Part shown: positions 55,674 to 64,000 of the stretch, piece after piece
How positions within the stretch are numbered: position 1 is the first letter of the stretch
How the letters are laid out: each line of letters begins with the position of its first letter
NCBI GenBank assembly: GCA_963847705.1
Contig: CAWKBC010000017.1
Coordinates: forward strand, 128,001-192,000
DNA from: an uncultured Pseudomonadota bacterium
Lineage (GTDB): Bacteria > Myxococcota_A > Polyangia > Fen-1088
Direction: 5' to 3'
Length of the DNA stretch: 64,000 bases
The notes under the pieces: generated by a model
Told to the model about the DNA's origin: nothing
Database searches by the model: none
The model's input: only the letters and a program-made list of their open reading frames with translations
Translations under genes and position numbers: made by a program

Positions 55674-56609
55674 TCAGGACGCGAAGACCGTCTTCCAGTC
55701 GTTCTTCACGCTGGCCACCGCCCAGTCGCTCTTGTGGGCCAGCGCCAGCGCCTCCTCGGCGCCTGCCTGGTAGGCGAACTCCCGCTGCTCGTCGTCGTGC
55801 TCGACCAGCAGCGCCAGCGACGGACGCGCCGGGTGGGCGCAGAAGTGGAGCATCGGGATGTCGCCGTTCGAGTTCCCGCCGGCCAGGATGGGGCGCCGGC
55901 CGATGGCATCCCAGATGGCGACCGGCTTCTCTGCCCCGTCGTCGAAAAGGCCCAGCTTCGGGACGTGCACCAGCGTGGCGAAGGGGCCGTCATCGCGGTA
56001 CTTGAGCACCGCCGAGCTGCCGATCACGTGGTCGGTGGGGATGCCGTAGTAGGTCTCGGCGACGGCGCGGATGAAGTCGCGGCCGCCGCCCGTGACGATG
56101 TAGCTCGAGAATTCGTTCGCGGCGAGATAGCGGAGCAGCTCGAACATGGGCTGGTAGACGCAACGGACGTAGGGGCGCCCGAGCTTCGGGTTCTTGGCGG
56201 TGGTGAGGAACGCCTTGGCCGCCCCTTCGAAGTCCTCGATCGTCGTGTCCGCGTAGGCGGCCAGAAGGCCTCCGGCCATCTCCTGGAGCTCGCTGTCGTC
56301 GCCGCGGTAGTGCTTGGCGATGACACCGCCCAGCCAGGCGTAGTCCTTCTCCACGACGGCCTTCCAGGGCTGGCGGGCGCTGAGGGTCGGATCGCGGGCC
56401 GCCATCTCCCCGATGCGGCGAAACAGGAAATCGGCCTGGACCGGCAGCGGCTTCTCGCACCAGAGCGTGCCGTCGTTGTCGAACACCGCCACGCGATCGG
56501 CAGCAGGAACGTGGTCGCTTCCGCCGCGCCCGGTCACCCGTTCGACGAAGTCGACGATGGCCCGCTTGGCCGGACCGTCATTCCACGACGCAAGCTGATC
56601 TGGCGGCAT
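55674..56609 (-). CDS. HAD-family hydrolase (nonspecific acid phosphatase-like)
   Basis: LASWNDG..K..I..FV, FDNDGTLW.E.P, YQPM.ELL.YL, GRRPI.A.GNSNGD, HDD..REFAY. Confidence 0.92.
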   Translation of the reverse strand: MPPDQLASWNDGPAKRAIVDFVERVTGRGGSDHVPAADRVAVFDNDGTLWCEKPLPVQADFLFRRIGEMAARDPTLSARQPWKAVVEKDYAWLGGVIAKHYRGDDSELQEMAGGLLAAYADTTIEDFEGAAKAFLTTAKNPKLGRPYVRCVYQPMFELLRYLAANEFSSYIVTGGGRDFIRAVAETYYGIPTDHVIGSSAVLKYRDDGPFATLVHVPKLGLFDDGAEKPVAIWDAIGRRPILAGGNSNGDIPMLHFCAHPARPSLALLVEHDDEQREFAYQAGAEEALALAHKSDWAVASVKNDWKTVFAS

Positions 56610-56694
56610 CGGTGGTCGTCCCGGAGATCAAGCTGCATCGGGACCTCTCACCGGCAATCCCGCGCGGTGCGTTCTCAGCCAGCGACTTACGCGC

Positions 56695-59600
56695 TCAGAA
56701 CATCAGGCCGACGTTGACGTGGAGGACGCCGATGCGGGTGTCGCCTGGGCCGGGATCGAGCGGCCAGCCCCAGGCCAGGCTGACGTCACCGATCGGCAGG
56801 CGAATGAGCAGCGGCGAGACGCCCACGCCATGGCGAAACTGCGAGAGCCCGAGCCCGGAGAACGAGTCGGCGACCACGCCGTTGTCCATGAACACCGAGC
56901 CGTACCAGGGGGGGAGAATCGGGAACTGCAGGTCGATGTTCTGCAGGATGCGCATGTTGCCGCCGAGCGGGTGGTACTCGACGACGCAGAGGCCGCAGCC
57001 CCCCTGGGGGTTGGGGACCAGCGGGAACTGCTCGACCTCCACGCGCGCATGATCGAGCTGGTAGCCGCGGATGGTTGTGTCGCCGCCGGCGAAGTAGCGC
57101 TCGACCTTGGGGAGGAGCGCCGCGCCGCCGAAGGGGAAGCCTTGGTCGTAGCGGAAACCATGCCGCAGGTAGATGTGCTTGCCGAGCGGGATCACCGACA
57201 GCGAGTGGACCCCCACCTTGAGGAAGGTGTCGTCGCCGATCGCGAAGGGGAACGGCCGCAGCGGCAGCGAGAGGGCCGGCAGCGCCAGCTCGGCGATGGC
57301 GTCGATCCGAAAGCCGCGCGTGGGGAGCAGCCGGTTGTCCATGCGCAGCCACTCGACGTTGGCGGAGAGGCTGCCGACCGTCGTCCCCAGGGTCACGTTC
57401 TGGGTGGTCTCGTTGGGCCCGGCCTCGCGCAGCAGCGGCTCGGTGTGGGTGGTGTTGCGCAGGTTGTAGTGCAGCCCGGCGTCGACGCCCGGGTACATCT
57501 CGCGCGAAAAGCCGATCGACCCGCCGCCCGAGTGAATGTCCCCCAGCCGCACCGTCTCCTGCTTCAGATAGGTGAACGAGGCGTCGAAGCGGAACAGCGT
57601 GCCGAGGAAACGCCTGTCGAGAAACCCCACGTTGCCCCGGAGGATGGCGGTGCCGTAGGTGAGCTGGCTGGTGAGCGTCCAGCCGCGCCCGGCCAGGTTG
57701 CGGTCGTCGTAGCCGCCGCGCACGTAGACCCCGAAGGGGAACGACGAGTCGGGTGGCTTCTGATCGGTCGAGGCGCCGGCCCCCAGGTGGAGGACCTGGT
57801 ACTGCTCGTAGCGCTCCTCGACGTTGACCAGCATCGGGACGCTCTGGTCCGTCGAGCCGTTGAGCGGCCGGTCGTCCTTGCCCGGGAACGAGATGGGCGA
57901 GGCGTTGTTGAACAGCTGGAGAAATCCGATGTCGCGCTGGCTGCGCTCGACCGGGGTGGTGCGGAGGGAGTCGCCGGTTCCCAGGCGGAATCTGCTGCAG
58001 GATCGTGCGCGGTCGGGTGACGAAGTTGCCCCGCACGAAGATCGGCCCCACCCGCATGCGCGGGCCCAGCGTCACCGCCCAGGCCAGCGACACTTCGTTT
58101 CCCTTGCGGTTGACGTCGGGGGTGACGGTCGCCGTCGGGTACCCGGCGTCCCCCAGGAGCCGCACCAGCCGCTTGGCGTCGGCGGTGACCGTGGGCGGGG
58201 CGTAGGGGGCGCCCGGACGCAGCGTCAGGCTGCCGAGCAAGAACCGCGGGTCGTAGGGGAGGGGGGTGCCGTCGGTGCTGCGCAGATCCTCGGCCGCCAG
58301 GATCAGGCGCGGACCCTCGTCGATGGTGAACCGGACGTAGAGCGCGCCGGCCTCGCGCGAGGCGGTCTCGGCGGCGGCGGCGGTCGCGCCGAGCGCGCCG
58401 ACGGCGGCCGGCGCGGTGGCGGCGTCGACGCGCGCCTTGGCCTCGACGAAGCCGCGGGCGTGATAGTGCTCGAGCAGGCGCTCGACGTCCTGTTCGAGCT
58501 GCTTGCCGGTGGCGTAGCCGCCCGACCCGATCCCCCAAAATGGGTAGGGCCGCACCGAGACGACCTCGGCCAGCTCCTGCGGCGAGAGCAGCCGCGCGCC
58601 GGCGAACTCGACCCGGTGCACCTTGAGCACCGGCCCCTCGTCGATCGAGAACACGATCCGCTCCTGCTCGTCCGACAGCCGCTCCCGCCGCCACTCGACC
58701 CGGGCGAAGAAGTGCCCCTGCTGCTGGTAGCGGCGCTGGATGGCGTCGGCGCTGGCGCCGACCTCGTAGTCGTCGTAGGACCCGCGGGAGAACAGGGTCA
58801 GCTCGTCCTGCAACGACGACGACGACTGGCTGGCGTTCCCCTCGAAGGCGACGGCGATCCGCTTGCGCTCGTTGATGGAGATGCCGACCCGGACGTTCTT
58901 GGCGGCCCGATCGACGCTCTTCTGGACGCTGAAGTCGGTGGTCACGCGAACACCGGCGAACCCCAGCGCGCGGTAGCGCTTGGTGACCGCGTCCATGTCC
59001 TCGCGCAGCTGCTTCTGGGTGAAGGGGACCGGCGTGTTCCAGAGGGTGATCCAGTCGCCGTGCCGGAACATCGGATCGAGCTCGTCGGTGGCGATGGCGT
59101 GGTTGCCGGTGAAGGTGATGGGCCCGAGCGGATAGGCCGGGCCGAGGCGAACCGAGACGTAGAGATCGAGCGAGCCCGGGGCGCTCCCCGACCGGGCGTC
59201 GAGACCGACGTTTGCCTCGAAGTAGCCCCGGCTGCGCAGGAAGTCGATGATCAGCTCCCGCTCGCGCTCCAGCACGGCGACCCTCTCGGGGCCGGCGGGC
59301 GGCAGCGTCTGGCCGGGGCGGATGGTGATGCGGCGCTGGATCTCGTCCTGCTGGATGCGGCGGTTGCCGCTGACGAACACGTAGCGCAGGCGTTCATAGG
59401 GGAGCAGCGTCGCCACGAGGAGCACGCCGCCCGGCGCCGGGCGGGTGCTGAAGACGGCGCGGTAACCGACGGCATCCAGCGCCTGCACGAGCCGCGGGAT
59501 CGTCCCGAAGGGACGCCCGATCCGATCGCTCGGGCCCGACTCGACGAAGGGGTCGCCGAGGGCGGCGACCGAGAACATCAGGGCGCGGAGCTGGTCATCG

Positions 59601-59860
59601 GAGTCGATGCGCGAGCCGCCCAGCTCGTAGCCGACGATCGGGATGCGCGCGGCCGGGGCGGCGCTGCCCGGCGGCGCGTGCGGCTCGGGGGCGGAGGTGG
59701 GCGCAGGCGCAGGTGCCACCGGGGCCGCGGACGGGGGCGCAGGCGTCGAGGTGACGGCGGGCGCGGCCCTCTCCGCCGCTGGGGTCTGGGCGCGGACGGC
59801 TGGCGCCGATACCGCCAGCGCAAACACGATCGCCGCGAGCGCGATCGAACCTCTCTTCAT
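56695..59860 (-). CDS. BamA/TamA (Omp85) family outer-membrane protein with POTRA domains, interrupted by a +1 frameshift near 57985
   Basis: The N-terminal ORF has a signal peptide and POTRA motifs (I.F.GN, GY..A.V, IDEGP). The C-terminal ORF has the barrel motifs NLAGRG, ERYFAGG..TIRGY, F.D.G and a terminal F. Removing one base in att-ccg-cct-ggg joins the frames (QQIPLGTGDSLRT...LVNVEE). Confidence 0.88.
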
Positions 59861-59867
59861 CTCGGGT

Positions 59868-62800
59868 TCATCGCCGTCTTATCGCGTAGTCGAGCCGCAA
59901 TTCGAGGTTGTAGTTGAGGGGGAGCGTCTCCGGGACCCCCTGCTCGGAGGAGAGGCGGATCTGCTCGATGCCGCCGCCGACGGTGAAGTAGTCGAGCAGC
60001 CAGAGATTCCCCGAGCCGTTCCAGTGGCTCTGGTTCTGGAACCCCTGCAGGTAGTCGAACTGCAGATCGCCGTAGCGGCTCACCCGCTTGCGGATGCGCC
60101 CCTCGAAGCCGTCGGAGCCGACGGTGAGCCGCAGGTTGAGGCCGGTCAGCCGCTGAAAGGTGTCGTCGATGTAGGGTTCCATCAGGTTGGCCACCGTGTC
60201 GCGCGTGGCCTGCCCGGCGATGTCGGCGCCGGTCGTCAGGTTGGCGCCGACCGTGGCGTTCTGCGTGCCGAACGGGCTGCTGGTCGAGACGGAGGTCCGC
60301 CCCGTCAATAACAGGAACGCGGTCTGATTGCGATCGAGCCCGTCGTCACTGGAGAGATCGATCTGCGCCTCGCGCAGCGGGCCGTTGATCCGCATGTGGA
60401 CGTTGTGGTCGACGCCGTTGGCGTCGGTGACCAGGTTGGTGGCCTCGATCTGGATGTCCGGCGTGTCCCCGTCGGCGATCGACTTGGTGGCGATGAAGGT
60501 GACGTGGTTGACGTTGGGGACCAGGTCGAAGTCGCCGCGCATGAAGGGGATGTTGAAGCGCCCGTCGGTGGGGCGGATGTCACCGGCCAGCTGGGGGATC
60601 GCCAGCGTCCCCCCGACGTGCAGGACGATGTCGGCGTGGATCTCGGGGGCCAGGTTGTTCTGCACGACGAAGCCGTCGCCCACGGTGCGCACCGACATGT
60701 CGAGGCGCAGATGTTCGAGCAGCGGCTTGCCGTCGTAGAACGGCAGCACCGTCGACTCGTCGACCCGCGGCCGCAGTGCCAGGTTCTGCACCTGGAAGGC
60801 CTGCAGGTAGCGTCCCGAGACGAGCCGAACCTCACCCCCCAGGCCGAACCCCTGTTCGAGGTTCCCCTTGAGATCGAGATCGAAGGCCAGGTCGTCGACC
60901 TCGAACACCCCGGGGCTGCGGTAGGTGAGCCGCTCGCCATGGAGGGGAAGATCGAAGTTGCCCGGCTTGAAGGGGAGGAGGTTGGTGAACTGGACCCGGC
61001 CGGCACGCACGCCCGAGGCGCCGATGACCAGGAGGCCCTGGTCGTCGAACAGCACCTTGACGTTGTGGAGGATGACGCCCTCGTTGCTGATCTCGACGAT
61101 CCCGCTTTGCACCTGCACCTCGCTGCCCAGATCGCGCAGCCGGAAGTCGATGGTGTCGAGGTCGAGGCGGCCGCGGATGTCGGGTTTGAGCAGGGTCCCC
61201 CGCAGGTGGGCCCGGATGTGGGCCTTGCCTTGCGCGTCGGAGACGGCGTCCGGCGCCGCGTAGGCCAGGAGCCGCGCGCTGACGTCGCCGTCGACGTCGG
61301 CCTGGAGATTCTCCGGGACGAACCCGGGCCCGAGCGTGGCGCGGCCGCCCAGCTTCATCGTCGCGCCGTCGACGGTGACGGCCAGGTTCTCGATCGCCAC
61401 GCCGCCGCCGCTGGTGAGCGCGAACCGCCCGGAGTCGACCACGATGTCGCGGTTGAGCTCGTGCGGGCGGACGTGGATCGCGTTCACGATCACCACCTCC
61501 CCGCGAACGTCGGGGCGATCGAGCGTCCCGCCGGCGGTCAGCTCGGCGCGCAGATCGCCGCCCAGCCGATCGATGGTGGCAGCTCCAGCCACCGCCCCCA
61601 GAAATGGCTGCAAGAGCTCGAGGTCCAGGTGACCGGAGAGCGCCCCGGAGATGGCGCGCCCGTCGAGCCGCGCTTCCACCCGCAGGTCGCCGCCGTCGGT
61701 GGCGAAGTGCGCCTCGTCGAGCGCGATGTGATCGCCGGCGACGTGGACGTGCACCGGGCGCGCCGCCTCGATCCGGACCCGCTGCATGGTGGTCTCGCCA
61801 TTGGGACCGTCGACGGCGCGGGCGATCGAGAGCCACAGCTCGGGCAGAAGGACGTCGAGCGCCAGCGGCTGCCCCGGCTCGAGATCGACGGCCACCCGCC
61901 CGCTGGCCACGCTCCGGCCGTCGCCCAGGGCGACCAGCTCGGGCGCCAGCGTGTGGAGCTCGAGCCGGCGGAAGGCGACGCGGCCGTGAACGCTGGGCCC
62001 CTTGGGCAGGAGCGCGGCGTCGACGTCGACGTCGAACCGGTCGAACAGCTGGCCGTGAACCGCGACCCCGGGCGCCCGCGTCGGTCCGACCGTGGCCGGC
62101 GTCAGCGCCAGGTGTCCCTTGCCGAGGTGGACACCGCGCACCACCACCTCGGTGAGATCGATGTCGCCCGCCAGCTCGGGGCGCTCCGGCCGCCCGGCGA
62201 CGTGCAGCTTGGCGCTGACGAAACCGCTCACCGGGACGTTGGAGGTCGCGACGCCGGGGATGGCCGCCAGCGGAAACTTGGAGAGCGCGAGGTCGAGATC
62301 GAGATCCTGGTGGGCCAGGCCGACCCGACCATGCACGTCGGCCGCGCCGCCGCCGTGGTGGGCGACGCGCAGCGCCTCGATGGCCAGCGTCTTGCCGTCG
62401 AGCGCCAGGTTCACGGGGCCGAGGGAGAACCTGTCGCCGAGCGCGGCGATCGGCGTGCCGGCCGGGATGGCGACGTGGGCGGTCACGGCGTCGAGCGGAC
62501 CGTGCGCCTCGGCGGAGAGGGTGAGTCGACCGGTGACGCCGGCTTCGGGGGCCAGCGCCGCGAGATCGAGGTCGCGCGCCTCCAGCTTCAGGTCGACGAC
62601 GGGCGACCTGAGCGGCTTGCCGGCGCGCTTCTCCCAGAGCCGCAGCGAGCCGTGCGCGTCGAGCCGCCCCCCGAACGCCGGCCCCGAGAGCCGATCGAGG
62701 TGCGCTAGACCGTGCTCCAGCCCGAAGCGCACGCCGAGCTCGCCCAGAGTGCGCTTTCCTGCGCCGAGGCCGTGAACCGTCGCCTCGCCTGAGACGTCCG

Positions 62801-64000
62801 GATCGTCGAAGCTGCCGTTGGCCTGAAGACCGACGCGCGCGTCCTTGCCGAGCGGAGGGAGGCCCAGCTCTCCGCAGAGGCGTCCGAGATCGAAGGCCAC
62901 CACCGTGAGCGCCAGGTCGATGAGCTGCCGGTCGAGGTTCACCGACCCGCGCGCGGTCGCGTCGGCGCCGGCGACCGAAACCGTCAGCCCGCCGGTCTTC
63001 ACCCGGCCGGCCGCCAGCTCGGCGCCCCCGTGCACGCGCACTTCGCGGGGGAGGCCGGGCGCGCCCGCGCGGGTGAATTTGAGATCGATCCTCTCGAGAC
63101 GCGCCGACTTCTTGCCGAGCTCGGCGTGCGCCTCGATCTTCCCGTCGAGGCGCCCGCCGCCCAGCGGCCGCAGCTCCCGCGGCAGATAGCTCTCGGTGTG
63201 AAACCCGGCCAGGCCGAGCGCCGCGTCGAGGGAGAGGGTGTTGACGTCGAGGTGGGCCTCGAGGCTCAGCTTGCCGCCGCCGGGCGCGCCCAGCCCGAAG
63301 CGCGTCACGTCCACGCGCCCGGCGCCGCCGTCGAACGCCAGGTCGAGGCCAAGGTCCTGCGCGCGGTCGTCGCCGTAGCGGACGTCGAGCCCGCGAATCG
63401 CCGCCGCCACCTTGATCTTGGCGAAGGGCTGCGTCAGGTCGGCGGTGATCTCGGCGTGCTCACCCGTCACCGCCAGCCCCGTCAGCCCCTTGCCCGCGGC
63501 GACGGCGGTCAGCGCATCTCCTGCCCGCGCGAAGGCGACGTGCAGGTTGATCCCCGGGACGCTGGTCGCGCCGTAGATGCCGGTGAAGGCGCCCAGGCCG
63601 GTCAGCTGACTTCGGCCGGTGTCGGCCTCCCCGAGATCGAGCTGGATGTCGTCGGGGTGATCCTGCGTGGTGGCGATCCGGTTGATCACCACCCGATCGA
63701 GCGGCAGGACGTTGTCATCCATGATCCGCAGAAAGCCGCCCCCCTCCGCCACCACTTGACGCGCGTCGAACCCGAAGATCGGATGCCGGGGATCGAGCGT
63801 CGACTGGATCAGCGAGACGGTTCCATGCGCATGCCGCAGCTCCAGCCCCCAGGCGCCGGGGAAGTCGAACACCGCGGTGAGATCGCCCAGCTCGGCGTCA
63901 CCGATCTCGAACTTCGAGCCCGGCCCTGGCGGCGTGCCCGGCGGCGGCGGGGGGGCGGCGTCTTCGGGGCCAGCGCCGCCAGAAAACCGATCGCCTCGCC
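59868..64000 (-). CDS. tamB: TamB/AsmA-like translocation and assembly module protein (5'-truncated)
   Basis: Long beta-taco repeats (G.L..P.L.G.I), C-terminal TamB-like L.SD..L......LLTG; directly upstream of the Omp85 gene. Confidence 0.8.
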   Translation of the reverse strand, partial: RGDRFSGGAGPEDAAPPPPPGTPPGPGSKFEIGDAELGDLTAVFDFPGAWGLELRHAHGTVSLIQSTLDPRHPIFGFDARQVVAEGGGFLRIMDDNVLPLDRVVINRIATTQDHPDDIQLDLGEADTGRSQLTGLGAFTGIYGATSVPGINLHVAFARAGDALTAVAAGKGLTGLAVTGEHAEITADLTQPFAKIKVAAAIRGLDVRYGDDRAQDLGLDLAFDGGAGRVDVTRFGLGAPGGGKLSLEAHLDVNTLSLDAALGLAGFHTESYLPRELRPLGGGRLDGKIEAHAELGKKSARLERIDLKFTRAGAPGLPREVRVHGGAELAAGRVKTGGLTVSVAGADATARGSVNLDRQLIDLALTVVAFDLGRLCGELGLPPLGKDARVGLQANGSFDDPDVSGEATVHGLGAGKRTLGELGVRFGLEHGLAHLDRLSGPAFGGRLDAHGSLRLWEKRAGKPLRSPVVDLKLEARDLDLAALAPEAGVTGRLTLSAEAHGPLDAVTAHVAIPAGTPIAALGDRFSLGPVNLALDGKTLAIEALRVAHHGGGAADVHGRVGLAHQDLDLDLALSKFPLAAIPGVATSNVPVSGFVSAKLHVAGRPERPELAGDIDLTEVVVRGVHLGKGHLALTPATVGPTRAPGVAVHGQLFDRFDVDVDAALLPKGPSVHGRVAFRRLELHTLAPELVALGDGRSVASGRVAVDLEPGQPLALDVLLPELWLSIARAVDGPNGETTMQRVRIEAARPVHVHVAGDHIALDEAHFATDGGDLRVEARLDGRAISGALSGHLDLELLQPFLGAVAGAATIDRLGGDLRAELTAGGTLDRPDVRGEVVIVNAIHVRPHELNRDIVVDSGRFALTSGGGVAIENLAVTVDGATMKLGGRATLGPGFVPENLQADVDGDVSARLLAYAAPDAVSDAQGKAHIRAHLRGTLLKPDIRGRLDLDTIDFRLRDLGSEVQVQSGIVEISNEGVILHNVKVLFDDQGLLVIGASGVRAGRVQFTNLLPFKPGNFDLPLHGERLTYRSPGVFEVDDLAFDLDLKGNLEQGFGLGGEVRLVSGRYLQAFQVQNLALRPRVDESTVLPFYDGKPLLEHLRLDMSVRTVGDGFVVQNNLAPEIHADIVLHVGGTLAIPQLAGDIRPTDGRFNIPFMRGDFDLVPNVNHVTFIATKSIADGDTPDIQIEATNLVTDANGVDHNVHMRINGPLREAQIDLSSDDGLDRNQTAFLLLTGRTSVSTSSPFGTQNATVGANLTTGADIAGQATRDTVANLMEPYIDDTFQRLTGLNLRLTVGSDGFEGRIRKRVSRYGDLQFDYLQGFQNQSHWNGSGNLWLLDYFTVGGGIEQIRLSSEQGVPETLPLNYNLELRLDYAIRRR

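Overview
A high-GC (about 70% by eye) chromosomal core region, most likely from a myxobacterium (Myxococcota, probably Polyangia). The taxon call rests on MYXO-CTERM-tagged proteases, tandem myxobacterial-type outer-membrane beta-barrels, a TIGR04563-type small protein and a Ser/Thr-kinase-fused sigma54 activator. The window holds about 41 genes. Housekeeping genes (rpmB, ppk1, ddl, lipB, ftsY, smc, cmk, rpsA, queE, recO, glyQS, ppdK, argS, BamA/TamA-like, TamB-like) are interleaved with uncharacterised envelope lipoproteins. I found no rRNA, tRNA, CRISPR array, prophage or transposase. Best candidates for undescribed biology: (1) a secreted pro-domain/TIMP-like gene translationally coupled to two MYXO-CTERM matrixin metalloproteases; (2) a 1660-aa kinase-ATPase-TPR-GAF-sigma54 activator flanked on both sides by CAA-N5-TTG boxes, with a -24/-12 promoter in front of a small lipoprotein gene; (3) a D-Ala-D-Ala ligase with a putative c-di-GMP-binding FxGxERR tail; (4) a double HARE-HTH/IDR/degenerate-Mrr protein; (5) a coupled pair of beta-propeller/Cys-rich lipoproteins; (6) a homodimeric GlyRS with an approximately 85-aa helical insertion; (7) a structured rpsA leader. 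One clear frameshift (BamA/TamA-like gene) and one probable frameshift (tamB) are most likely sequencing errors. All family assignments come from motif recognition by eye, not database searches.
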